DNA of 64,000 nt from a virus: the IMG/VR virus record IMGVR_UViG_3300024999_000042; one strand, written 5' to 3'. The notes beneath the pieces are model-generated. The model was not told the origin of the DNA and did not search any database. It worked only from the letters and a program-made list of their open reading frames with translations. Positions 28,787 to 38,454 of the stretch are shown here, piece by piece. Position 1 is the first letter of the stretch. Every line of letters starts with the position of its first letter. Made by a program: the position numbers and the translations under genes.

Positions 28787-31549
28787 TTAATTTAATTTTG
28801 ATAATACGTCAATTAATTTATTTTTTACACCTTCACAATTGTTCTTCAAGTCATATGGATATAAGTCTATAAAAATAATATCATCTCTAGATTTATAATA
28901 ATTATTTTTCAACACTATTTTATCTTGGTAATTTTTAAACATAGTTAACTCACCTTGATAATTTTTTAAATATAAACCATAATACTCAATAATTATTGGT
29001 TTTACTAATTCAATATCTTTATAATTATCAATGACAAAATCGGGACATATTTTATTTATACCATTATATTTATATGTATATTTTCCTGAATGATTAGAGC
29101 CAATAGCACAAATACCATCAATATTTAAGTCTCTTTTGATTGATTCGTACACCATTATTTCTTGTTTACTATCACATTTTACCCCATCATACGCTAGACA
29201 TAACCCAAAATCTTCTGGAGTCCACTCCTTGCTATATTCAGGATATGATAAACACGCCCATTCATAAAATGACGTAAATTTTCTTAATCGTGTGCCACTA
29301 TTTTGTAAATAGGCACAAAATTTAGGATATAATTCATTCATAAAAGTAAAATTTAAATATGTTGGTAAATCATCCTTTATGTCAAAGACCAAATCATTCA
29401 TTCTATAAATCACAAATTCCCTTAAAAATCTAGAAAGATCATGTACAGAAGTTTTATTATTTCTACTCAACTCCCATTCGAAAAGTAAATTATTATCTTT
29501 TATTATAGAGTATGCCTCGACAAGTAAATCATATGTATCAATTTTAAATGTTGCAAAAGTATATAGTTCTTTTAACTTTTGCTTAGAAAAATATTTCAAT
29601 ACCCAATCTTGAACATTTTTCCATGAATCTAAACAATTTAATATATTATCTTTACATTGATTCTCACAATAATGCCTAATTGCTCTAATTCTATTGTCTT
29701 TACTTTCCCAAAATCCATCAGTTTTATTTGTAAAATCTAAATCTATAATAGGGGTTTTAGTATCGGGATGTACGATATTTTTTATTTGAAACAGCCATAT
29801 AAGTAAATCCATATGAGCCATATTGAATTTTCTATACTTATTTTGCCATAAATTCATCATATCCCTATTAAATAGTCCAGTTATTCCGTAACTAGTTAGG
29901 ATTTGTTTTACACTTATATTCTCACTTTTCACCCAATCATCAAAAATTTTCATTGCAGTATCATTATCATATTTATCAATGTCATCATCTGAAATATTAA
30001 ATTCAGGAAAACATGCTTGCAATGTTTCTAAAACAGTACCAAATCTTTGTGTAATTTGAATTTTATATTGATTTAAATTAGGGCAATTTACATTATTGCA
30101 TATTTCATCTTTTGTTTTACAGTCCATCTTTTCAAAAACAATATACCTTACTATCTGAATAAAATTTTCTTGTATATGACAATGCTTTGGCATTTGTGTA
30201 ATTTCACCATCATAAAAGTATTTCCACCACCTTTCAAGAGGTATGTCCGTTATCTCTTTATATATTATTCCTTTCTCTTTATACAAGTCTCTGTTCTCCC
30301 GTTTTTGCATACATTCTAAACATATGTTTTTTAAGTAAAACAAACTATAAACATTACCTTTAGGGAAAAATTCGTTTGTAAAATCTTTTGTTTCTCCACA
30401 TTCTAAACATTTATTCAATACAATGATATTTGATTCTTTTATATCCTCATTAAAAATCTTGGAAAATAATTTTTCTGAATCTCTATTAAATACTATAATA
30501 CATAAACCGTCTAAATTATAATCGCATAATAATTGGTTAAAATTATGGTCTATCAAATCGCTTCCATTAATAATATTTTTATCTAGTTTTAATTTATATT
30601 TCAACCACTCTAAAGCATCATTTATATTATTTTCATTTTTCCAGAAAGCAGAAGGAAAGTTAACATGTTTCTTAAATTCCCAAAGTTTAATATTGTACTC
30701 AGAATATATTTCTATGATTAATTGTTTTGATTCTTTAATTTTAATAATTGAATCAAGTTTATATTCTTCTAAAATATTATTGTCAAATTGGTTACATATA
30801 TCTTGGTATCCCCAATTAAGAATAGAATCAAACAAATGCTTTAATACAATATATTTGTATTGTTTATGTTTAGAAAATCCATTTGGAAATGACTTCAATT
30901 TTCCATTTAATACTAAATTAAAAATATGTATTACTTCAAACTCAGATAAACTATTAATTACAATGCTACTCGTTATATTGTATTTATCTGCCCAGTATGT
31001 AATAGTTTTTGTATGTTTACTGTATAATAAAGAGGCCCCTTTTCTCCCTAATATTCTGTAATTTGTAATAAATTCATCTATATTATCAATCCAATCAGGA
31101 GTGTCTTTTGGTTTATGACTCCATGAATTATTTTTTCTATTATGATCTGTCGAACATTTTACAGAGCAAAATCTTAATCCATCTTCTAAAAACTTATAAA
31201 GTTTTTGCTCAATATCTCCTCCGCAATTATCACATTGTCGTATAACTTTCAATGGTATACTACCAAGTTTAAGTTTTTCACTCAATAATATTACAACATC
31301 TTTTAAAGTTTTATTTGGTAACATTGGTACAATTTCATTAACATGTTGTACTCTTCTATTTAATAAAGAATCAATTATAATTCTATACTCTTCTATTTTC
31401 CAAACGTCATTCTCTTCTAATTTATTATTCTGAATCACCATACATACCTTACATGTTGTTCTGTAGTATCCTCCACCTCTTGAATGATACTCACCAACTG
31501 GTTTCTCTTTACCACAAACCTTACAAACTTTTGTCTCAACATTACTCAT
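28787..31549 (-). CDS. Large endonuclease-like protein: Zn fingers, DUF4046-like repeats, C-terminal PD-(D/E)xK-like domain
   Basis: CKVC...CKVC and CDNC...FCSVKC fingers; FPNGF/WEF/FW repeats; DSKQE...PDF...IIIEYYG; likely start MSNVE. Confidence 0.7.
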   Translation of the reverse strand: MSNVETKVCKVCGKEKPVGEYHSRGGGYYRTTCKVCMVIQNNKLEENDVWKIEEYRIIIDSLLNRRVQHVNEIVPMLPNKTLKDVVILLSEKLKLGSIPLKVIRQCDNCGGDIEQKLYKFLEDGLRFCSVKCSTDHNRKNNSWSHKPKDTPDWIDNIDEFITNYRILGRKGASLLYSKHTKTITYWADKYNITSSIVINSLSEFEVIHIFNLVLNGKLKSFPNGFSKHKQYKYIVLKHLFDSILNWGYQDICNQFDNNILEEYKLDSIIKIKESKQLIIEIYSEYNIKLWEFKKHVNFPSAFWKNENNINDALEWLKYKLKLDKNIINGSDLIDHNFNQLLCDYNLDGLCIIVFNRDSEKLFSKIFNEDIKESNIIVLNKCLECGETKDFTNEFFPKGNVYSLFYLKNICLECMQKRENRDLYKEKGIIYKEITDIPLERWWKYFYDGEITQMPKHCHIQENFIQIVRYIVFEKMDCKTKDEICNNVNCPNLNQYKIQITQRFGTVLETLQACFPEFNISDDDIDKYDNDTAMKIFDDWVKSENISVKQILTSYGITGLFNRDMMNLWQNKYRKFNMAHMDLLIWLFQIKNIVHPDTKTPIIDLDFTNKTDGFWESKDNRIRAIRHYCENQCKDNILNCLDSWKNVQDWVLKYFSKQKLKELYTFATFKIDTYDLLVEAYSIIKDNNLLFEWELSRNNKTSVHDLSRFLREFVIYRMNDLVFDIKDDLPTYLNFTFMNELYPKFCAYLQNSGTRLRKFTSFYEWACLSYPEYSKEWTPEDFGLCLAYDGVKCDSKQEIMVYESIKRDLNIDGICAIGSNHSGKYTYKYNGINKICPDFVIDNYKDIELVKPIIIEYYGLYLKNYQGELTMFKNYQDKIVLKNNYYKSRDDIIFIDLYPYDLKNNCEGVKNKLIDVLSKLN

Positions 31550-31622
31550 ACTCAACACTCCTTAAAATTTTATATTTCTAACCATACCAACCACACACTC
31601 CAAACCAAAACATTATAAAAAG

Positions 31623-31680
31623 GCAACAAAAAGAAGGGAAGGAGTGTATTCCCTTCTACAGTCAGCTAAACTGATGTTGC
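31623..31680 (-). ncRNA. Putative structured leader RNA, copy B
   Basis: GCAACA/UGUUGC closing helix; 9-bp hairpin with loop UACACUCC complementary to two GGAGTGT repeats, one being the SD. Confidence 0.65.
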
Positions 31681-31825
31681 TTATTTAATAGCAAACCAAA
31701 GCGTCCAATGATTTGCTAAAACTATCACATTAAATTAAAACCATAAATTACACAAATAAAAAAGACACATATTTCTATGAGTCCTTTAAAAATTAACCTT
31801 CTTATAAATTATAAAATAAAAAACA

Positions 31826-32311
31826 CTATTGTCTTGAAAATCCAGACATATGAGATTTAGGCAATTGATTAATCAATTCAGTATAAGCCTGACTAATCGA
31901 TTCAAACATATCATAATTATATGCTAATGCCATATCAATCACAAAACAATCTGTTATTTTTCCTAAATACCACTCTTCACATAATTCATCTTTAGAAATC
32001 GTAGAAACTTGATCTAAAAGCACAGCACTGTCTTTTTCTAAAAAATGATAATCTTTTTTAAATAATGAAGCGTGATAAGGATATTTTAACTTAGTAGTTT
32101 CTCTCTCATAATAATTTTTTATATCAGAAATAGGACAAATGATAATTCTTCCTGATTTTGGATTATTTCTACTAATGATAATATATGGTCTCGCTTTTTG
32201 CGACCTAATTTTAGGATCGCTGTCTTCAAAATCAAACCAATGAATACAACCCTTTTCAGTATGTTCTATTTGAATTTGAGTTGGTTCTTTAGGATATTTA
32301 GGACATGCCAT
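31826..32311 (-). CDS. PemK/MazF family endoribonuclease toxin
   Basis: KGCIHWFDF...QKARPYIIIS...IICPIS...SAVLLDQVSTISK. Confidence 0.85.
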   Translation of the reverse strand: MACPKYPKEPTQIQIEHTEKGCIHWFDFEDSDPKIRSQKARPYIIISRNNPKSGRIIICPISDIKNYYERETTKLKYPYHASLFKKDYHFLEKDSAVLLDQVSTISKDELCEEWYLGKITDCFVIDMALAYNYDMFESISQAYTELINQLPKSHMSGFSRQ

Positions 32312-32622
32312 TATCTATTTCTCCTTCTAGAAGACATAATTCTAAAAATCTCTTTTTCATCTTCTGTTTCTTCGTAATTTTTGTCATTATATTCATAAGT
32401 TTCTTGACGTTTTTTACTATCAAATATCATTTCAAAAAATGATGTAGATTTGTGTTTAATTATTGCTATGGGTGCTAAGGTTGTATGGTTTTCTATTACT
32501 ACACTCATTTTATTCACCTTTCCTCTCCATAATTTTGTTTTTACTTTAGATTTTACTCTGGATTTGCCACATCTACATTTAATTTTGGAAGTTTTAGTTC
32601 TCAATGTTTTAACTATCTTCAC
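32311..32622 (-). CDS. Putative antitoxin (alternative start MSVVIE at 32508)
   Basis: Stop overlaps the toxin start; acidic C-terminal segment; no recognisable MazE fold. Confidence 0.45.
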   Translation of the reverse strand: MKIVKTLRTKTSKIKCRCGKSRVKSKVKTKLWRGKVNKMSVVIENHTTLAPIAIIKHKSTSFFEMIFDSKKRQETYEYNDKNYEETEDEKEIFRIMSSRRRNR

Positions 32623-32731
32623 AACGCATTCCTCTTTCAGTGGATTATTCGATAATTAAATTATACCATATAAAGGAATTAAAGGGGATAGTAAAATCCC
32701 CATAATATTCAAACTAATCTGATCCCAATAA

Positions 32732-32914
32732 TCACAATCTCATCAAAATAAACATCAAACATTTCCTAACAAATCCCTTAACCAAACCATCCTTAACTAA
32801 AACTTCCTCACCATAATTCCCATAATCATTTCCTTGTTTCTCAAACTCTTCTCCATAATAATCTTCATATTCCTCGTAATAATCTCTGCAAGGCATATAA
32901 AATAACTTACCCAT
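32732..32914 (-). CDS. Small acidic Tyr-rich protein
   Basis: ORF track; last gene of a small three-gene cluster. Confidence 0.4.
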   Translation of the reverse strand: MGKLFYMPCRDYYEEYEDYYGEEFEKQGNDYGNYGEEVLVKDGLVKGFVRKCLMFILMRL

Positions 32915-32916
32915 AA

Positions 32917-33090
32917 TTATACCAACTCATTTGCTATGTATTCGTCACGTTTATCCTTATACTTCTTCCTAATCTCCCTCACCATCTTCCTACTAAAACC
33001 ACTACAACCTACTTTTATGTCCTTTACAACAACAAAACTATCCCTATTACCACAACCAAAATCTCTACCTCTCACAAATAATTCCATCAT
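32917..33090 (-). CDS. Small basic protein, 57 aa (not in ORF track)
   Basis: MMELFVRGRDFGCG...ANELV; ATGA overlap with the stop of the upstream ORF. Confidence 0.45.
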   Translation of the reverse strand: MMELFVRGRDFGCGNRDSFVVVKDIKVGCSGFSRKMVREIRKKYKDKRDEYIANELV

Positions 33091-33362
33091 ATCCTCACAC
33101 GACTCTCAAACTCTTCAACCATCCAGTCTAAATCATATTTAGCTAATAAATTAATTTCTCTTAATTTACTAATCTCATTCTGCAATTCTAAATTAATCTC
33201 ATCACAATTATCACAATCACATTCAAACCAACTCATAGGATTATAAGTCGAGTAATAACTCCATTTGTAATCTCCTCTGCCAGTTTTCATATTATTGGAG
33301 AAAATATTGAGTTTTCCACCATAATTTCCATCAGTATCCTTAATACAATATATTTTAGTCAT
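33087..33362 (-). CDS. Hypothetical protein
   Basis: Start MTKIYC after GAGGAG SD, downstream of a near-consensus promoter. Confidence 0.6.
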   Translation of the reverse strand: MTKIYCIKDTDGNYGGKLNIFSNNMKTGRGDYKWSYYSTYNPMSWFECDCDNCDEINLELQNEISKLREINLLAKYDLDWMVEEFESRVRI

Positions 33363-33429
33363 GTTATGTATCTCCTCTACTCTAATAATGTTAAGCAAGG
33401 AAATTAATTTATCAACCTTACTTAACATT

Positions 33430-33458
33430 ATTATATAGTAGAGACACCTAGAAGTCAA
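33430..33458 (-). promoter_or_regulatory. Sigma-A promoter
   Basis: TTGACT-17 bp-TATAAT on the minus strand. Confidence 0.7.
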
Positions 33459-33496
33459 TAGTTGAGTGAACTAATTTTCATCAACTGTATGACCCG

Positions 33497-33730
33497 TTAA
33501 TTATCATCCATACTATAAAGATGGAACTCAACTAAATCAGACAATGGGCATTGTAGAACTATCGAAAATCTTAAATACACACTAATCATCATATCGTCGG
33601 ATTTAAATATCTTATACATTCTAGATTTGCTGATGCCAACTTTATCCGCTATCCATAACTTTGTAGATCCATGTAGATGTTGATATTCATTCACCCTTTG
33701 TTCTATTTTGTTAATAATTTTATACTGCAC
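33497..33730 (-). CDS. Cro/CI-type HTH (XRE) regulator
   Basis: KLWIADKVGISKSRMYKI...LQCPLSDLVEF. Confidence 0.8.
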   Translation of the reverse strand: MQYKIINKIEQRVNEYQHLHGSTKLWIADKVGISKSRMYKIFKSDDMMISVYLRFSIVLQCPLSDLVEFHLYSMDDN

Positions 33731-33832
33731 GATATCACTCCATTCCTATACTTACTATTGCCCATATAATACTATTATATAGTTTTATGAACAAAGTATC
33801 AACAATGCTATAAACTATCTATCAACATCTTA

Positions 33833-33908
33833 ATAATATCATACTCACATAAACAATGTCAATTAATTTTATTTATTACTTTACAAATTCAACTTCTTCC
33901 TATATAAT
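33833..33908. promoter_or_regulatory. Back-to-back divergent sigma-A promoters
   Basis: Minus: TTGACA (33857-33862)-18-TATTAT with extended TG; plus: TTTACA (33880-33885)-17-TATAAT (33903-33908). Confidence 0.6.
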
Positions 33909-34129
33909 GATGAAGGTGATACAAATAAAAAATACAATAAAGAAAGGAAGTGATAAATATTATTCGAGATGGGCCTTGGGATATAGATACATAAAGTATA
34001 CAACAATACAGAAAGGAGAGGGCAAGGTTGGTACTACCTTAAAGGAGTACAAAATTTTAGCATCCATTGCAAGTACAAAATATCAGAGAATACAAAAATA
34101 ATTAATTAAAAGAAAGAGGTAATTAAAAC

Positions 34130-34936
34130 ATGACAACAACAATGACAACTGAATTACAAGTATTTACTAGTGAATTATTTGGTCAATTAAGAGTAACGCA
34201 AATAGATGGTAAACCATACACAGTAGCTAACGATGTCTTAAAAGCTTTAGGTTATTCAGAAGGAGGTTGGAGAACTACATTATCAAGAAAATGTAAAGGC
34301 GTTACAAAGTGTAACGGATTAAAAGTTAATGGAATTGAAGTAAATCTTATTCCAGAAGGCGACATTTATAGACTTATAGCAGGAAGCAAACTACCTCAAG
34401 CTGAAAAGTTCGAATCTTGGGTATTTGATACTGTAATTCCAACAATTCTTAAAACAGGAGGATTTATTGCTAATCCAGAAATAATGATCAATACATATTT
34501 TAATACTCTAGATGATAATCATAAACAATTATTACTAGGAGTATTTCAAAATGTAAAAGAACAACAAAAGATAATCACAGAACAAAAACAAGAAATAGAT
34601 CATCAATCCAATGTAATTTCTGGTTTAGTTGAAGATATACCTCTTGCATCAAAAAGACAAATCCTTAATCGTGTGGTTATGAAATGCAGTAATTTTAATG
34701 ATAGATGGAAGGAATTATATTTTAATTTTGAACAAAAATACCATCTTAAAATAAATGCTAGAATGGAATCTTACAATAAAACTCATAAATCTAAATTAAG
34801 AAGCAAATTAGAATATATTGAGGAAATTGGTATGATAGATGAGTTATTTGCCATTGCTTGTAAATTGTATGAAAACGAGGTGAATGTATTAGTACAAGAA
34901 ATGTATAAATTACATGAAGTTGAGTTTGTGCAATAA
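34130..34936 (+). CDS. BRO-N domain antirepressor-like protein
   Basis: FGQLRV..IDGKPY.VANDV.KALGY...IPEGDIYRLI..SKLPQAEKFESWVFDTVIPTILKTGG. Confidence 0.9.
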   Translation: MTTTMTTELQVFTSELFGQLRVTQIDGKPYTVANDVLKALGYSEGGWRTTLSRKCKGVTKCNGLKVNGIEVNLIPEGDIYRLIAGSKLPQAEKFESWVFDTVIPTILKTGGFIANPEIMINTYFNTLDDNHKQLLLGVFQNVKEQQKIITEQKQEIDHQSNVISGLVEDIPLASKRQILNRVVMKCSNFNDRWKELYFNFEQKYHLKINARMESYNKTHKSKLRSKLEYIEEIGMIDELFAIACKLYENEVNVLVQEMYKLHEVEFVQ

Positions 34937-34952
34937 GAAATAAATATAATAC

Positions 34953-34984
34953 TAAAGAGACTCTATTCCAACTAGAGTCTCTTT
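34953..34984. terminator. Bidirectional terminator
   Basis: AAAGAGACTCTA-loop-TAGAGTCTCTTT. Confidence 0.8.
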
Positions 34985-35190
34985 TCTTTAATAAAACTCA
35001 TTCTAATCCCTTAAACAATTCCGACCCATACAATCATACCAACTAACAATTAAAACACAACACAAGCAATCCTCACGCTTGTTAATCAATATCACAACAC
35101 AATCATAATATATCCTATAGTAAGATTAAATATCAAAAAGACCCCATATCACAGAGGTCTTAAACACAACCAACAAAACAATTATCACAA

Positions 35191-36180
35191 TTATTGTAAT
35201 CTATTTAATACCAAATCTCCATTAGAATTCCATCTTACAAATTTTAACTTCGTATTATCAACAACTATATCACTTGTTATAATTGTACTAGTATTTGTCC
35301 ATTCACTGAAAGTATAATTATAATACCTGATTTCTTGAATTTTGATTCTAGTTGGACTGCTAAATGTGTAATTTGATTCATATTTCAAACTAGGTTCAAA
35401 ATTAGGTAAATAATATATATGTTCCACTGTACCATCATTGAAAAATTCAAATGATGTCCTTTTAGTATCAGTCATCCATTTTCCTAAAACCAATCTTTGA
35501 GTATCTTGAATTGTAGGTTCTGGATTTACAACTGTAACATTAGCAATTGCTTTAATAGTAGTTGATTCAGCAATTCTACCACTTACAGTAAATGTACCTA
35601 CAGAATCATATTGACTAGTTAATGGAGTAACCCAAGTAACATTAACATTTTTTGTTGTTCTATTACTCATTGTTGCTACAACTTGATTAGGTAGTATAGG
35701 AGCTGTCCCTGCTGTAGTAGTTACGCTAACAGTTGCAATAGAAGTGATAGTAGGAATTGGAGCAGTTTTTACAGTTACAATACATTTAGCTGTTTTCTTA
35801 CCATCTACTGTAGTTGCTGTGATAGTTGCTTTACCTGCTTTAATTCCAGTTATTAATCCTTCTGAGTTAATTGTAGCTATTTTAGTATTGCTTGATTTCC
35901 AAGTAACTGACTGATTTGTTGCATTTGAAGGGGATATAGTAGGAATAAGTGTTGTGGTTGAACTTGTGTTTAAGGTTATTGTTTTGCAATTTAGTGTTAC
36001 TTTTGTTGGTTTTATTGATGTAGTTGATAGAAGGGATTGTTGTGATATTTGTTGATTTGGGTTTAAACTAGCCTCTGATGCTAATGTAGGTGTTGTTAGG
36101 ATAGGGGTAAGTAATAAGGACAGGGATAATGTGATTGTGGAAATTGTGGTTAATAGTTTTTTCATATATGTTTCCTCCAT
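35191..36180 (-). CDS. Secreted/surface protein with bacterial Ig-like domains (Big_2 and Big_4-like)
   Basis: Signal peptide MKKLL...TLA; VTWKSSNTKIATINSEGLITGIKAGKATITATT; LPNQVVATMS...VTW. Confidence 0.8.
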   Translation of the reverse strand: MEETYMKKLLTTISTITLSLSLLLTPILTTPTLASEASLNPNQQISQQSLLSTTSIKPTKVTLNCKTITLNTSSTTTLIPTISPSNATNQSVTWKSSNTKIATINSEGLITGIKAGKATITATTVDGKKTAKCIVTVKTAPIPTITSIATVSVTTTAGTAPILPNQVVATMSNRTTKNVNVTWVTPLTSQYDSVGTFTVSGRIAESTTIKAIANVTVVNPEPTIQDTQRLVLGKWMTDTKRTSFEFFNDGTVEHIYYLPNFEPSLKYESNYTFSSPTRIKIQEIRYYNYTFSEWTNTSTIITSDIVVDNTKLKFVRWNSNGDLVLNRLQ

Positions 36181-36324
36181 TTACTTTTAATTACTTATCT
36201 GTAAGTAGTATATATGAAAAAGGAGTAAAATACAATGAATTTAATATGATTTGTTTCGACAAATAATTATTTATTGGTTTGATGTTGTTTGATTAGAGAT
36301 GATAATTTAACAAAGTAAAAAATA

Positions 36325-37098
36325 TCAACGCTTTTTAAGATTTAATAAAGAAATAATAAACTCTTTACCATTTTCAGTAATTAGTATTTGATTATATTTA
36401 TAACCTTGTTGATTTATATTTTCTTTTCCGTTAATAAAATAACCATCACTTATATATTTTTCGTTTATGTAAAATGAATTATTTTCATGTTTGAATATAT
36501 TCTTAAATTCTAAAACCTTATATAGTCCACTTCTAGAAAAATCTATTATATATCCATCTGCTATCAATTCTTCCACTATTGACACACAATTTAACATTGT
36601 ATTTAACTTCTTTTTCTTAGGAGTAGTATTTACGACAACAGTAGATTTAATATTTATTTTTGCTTTAGGTTTTAATTCTTTAGGTTTCTTATTTGGTAAA
36701 ACCCCATTAAACGCTATTAATCTTTTTAAGTATATTGAATCAACTTTAGCACTTAAAATAACTCTTGCTCCACTCAACACTTTTTCAACCGTATTTTCAA
36801 TGTTATAACCGTTTGTTATGGAATTATATTTATTAATATATGTACCTTCTACATATATTAATTGCATTGTTGTTTTGTATTGTGTTTGTTGATTTTTTAC
36901 CTCTTCTACTATATCAAATGTAAAATTATTTTTACCGTAAGTATTCCAATCTCTTTGGAGTTTATAACTGTGGTGTTTATTGCTACTTAAATCTTCTATA
37001 TGCACTTCCCATCGTTTTTCTATATCGTTACTCTCTCCCATATACACTTTCCCATTTGCTTTACATTCAATTTTATAAATTCCTCTTGTCTTTTCCAT
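36325..37098 (-). CDS. GIY-YIG endonuclease with KilAC-like C-terminus
   Basis: GIYKIEC..NGKVYMGES..IEKRW..H, LQRDW, GYN; C-terminal LITENGKEFI. Confidence 0.85.
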   Translation of the reverse strand: MEKTRGIYKIECKANGKVYMGESNDIEKRWEVHIEDLSSNKHHSYKLQRDWNTYGKNNFTFDIVEEVKNQQTQYKTTMQLIYVEGTYINKYNSITNGYNIENTVEKVLSGARVILSAKVDSIYLKRLIAFNGVLPNKKPKELKPKAKINIKSTVVVNTTPKKKKLNTMLNCVSIVEELIADGYIIDFSRSGLYKVLEFKNIFKHENNSFYINEKYISDGYFINGKENINQQGYKYNQILITENGKEFIISLLNLKKR

Positions 37099-37166
37099 TT
37101 TTACACGTCCTTTTCTTTTTTTTTATTATTTTTGTTCTATATTTTTGTCCTTTTAGTAATATAAAA

Positions 37167-37232
37167 AACTAAATGGCAAAGGAAAGGACACCTTCTTTTT
37201 AATGGATGATCAGTCCATTAAGCCATTTAGTT
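37167..37232 (-). ncRNA. Putative structured leader RNA, copy C
   Basis: 11-bp closing helix, UGAUCA-loop hairpin, UGUCCUUU loop complementary to two AAAGGAC repeats including the SD. Confidence 0.7.
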
Positions 37233-37372
37233 AAAATTATCAAATCTGATGTAAAATATTAGAATCGTCAAGGTTGGGTGATTCTCTCAAAGTGTTGCTA
37301 TATAAGCATATTTCCAAATATCAATAATCATATCAAAAGTTAGTTTTCTGGGATTGAGATAAGATGCACTTA

Positions 37373-38389
37373 TTAACTAAATGCATCTTCAACATCGTCT
37401 GAATTATCTCTAATCACATAAATCTCACTAGTTGCCGAGCTGACATGGCCTAGTAAAGCCTGCACAGATTTTATATTTTTCCCTTCATGAATTACAAGGT
37501 TCGTAGCCCGTTGTTCTCTTAGTTGGTGAGGATGTACTCTTCTATTTATAACTTTGCTAAAATCATCCTTGCACCAATCATTAAATAATCCTTCTCCTGC
37601 TTGCTGATATTTTCCATCTCTCTTAATTGCGAACACATAAGGGCAATCATCATTTCCTCTAACTTCTAACCACTTATTAATTGCATCTAAAGCCTCTTTG
37701 GAGAATTGTAATTTTCTAATTTTACCAATAACTCCTTTACCTTTACAGCGAATCTCAGACGTAGTATAAAATGTAATTGTATTTATTTCTTCTGTTCCAT
37801 CTTCATTTTTAATAATCTTTTCCTTAATTATAGGAGGATAATCAACTACTTCTTTAAGTAACTGTCTCGACTCTGCTCTTCTACAGCCTGTCGAATAAGT
37901 AAAATGTAAATATGCCAATTTTTGCCATTGTTCACGGTCTTCAAGATTTTTCAAAAGTAATTCCCATTCTTCTGCATTCATTGGTTGTTTTACATGTAAG
38001 TCATTAGACGGAGGTGCTGTTATTTTCTTAGTTATGAAGTTTTTGAAGGTAGGATGTTCATCTTCGTAATATGTAATTATATATCCATTTAGAGAACTGA
38101 TTGCTGCACGTTTTAATCTAACTCCTGAAGATGACATGCCCCTTCTTACAAGGAAATTTTGATATTTTAGAAAATCTCTGCTTTTAATTTCTAATAGAGA
38201 TTTATCATCACAATGCTCATAAACCCAAAAAAAGAAAATCCTGAGCGCGGAAAAATATTGACGAAGTGTTTTTGGACTAAGTGAAGTTGATTCTTCTAGA
38301 AATTCTGTAGTGATTGTTCTATTAAATTTATTAAGTTTTTGCCATTGTTCTTCTGTAACCGTAGGGAGTTTGTCTGCAATTTCTGCCAT
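37373..38389 (-). CDS. Tyrosine recombinase (position similar to SPbeta YomM)
   Basis: YSTGCRR, KGKG, HPHQLR, LLGH and IY catalytic set; likely start MAEIAD (track ORF extends to 38470). Confidence 0.9.
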   Translation of the reverse strand: MAEIADKLPTVTEEQWQKLNKFNRTITTEFLEESTSLSPKTLRQYFSALRIFFFWVYEHCDDKSLLEIKSRDFLKYQNFLVRRGMSSSGVRLKRAAISSLNGYIITYYEDEHPTFKNFITKKITAPPSNDLHVKQPMNAEEWELLLKNLEDREQWQKLAYLHFTYSTGCRRAESRQLLKEVVDYPPIIKEKIIKNEDGTEEINTITFYTTSEIRCKGKGVIGKIRKLQFSKEALDAINKWLEVRGNDDCPYVFAIKRDGKYQQAGEGLFNDWCKDDFSKVINRRVHPHQLREQRATNLVIHEGKNIKSVQALLGHVSSATSEIYVIRDNSDDVEDAFS

Positions 38390-38454
38390 TGGTTTATAGT
38401 CACTTCCTTTATTTATATATTTATTTATATATTTATTACTAATTAAATATTTTA

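Noticed and set aside
33856-34101. 81-aa plus-strand ORF before the BRO gene
   Set aside because: Begins inside the divergent promoter region, upstream of the predicted plus-strand start site; more likely leader sequence
37233-37372. Prophage att site next to the recombinase
   Set aside because: Phage structural genes continue on both sides; no tRNA or host gene junction
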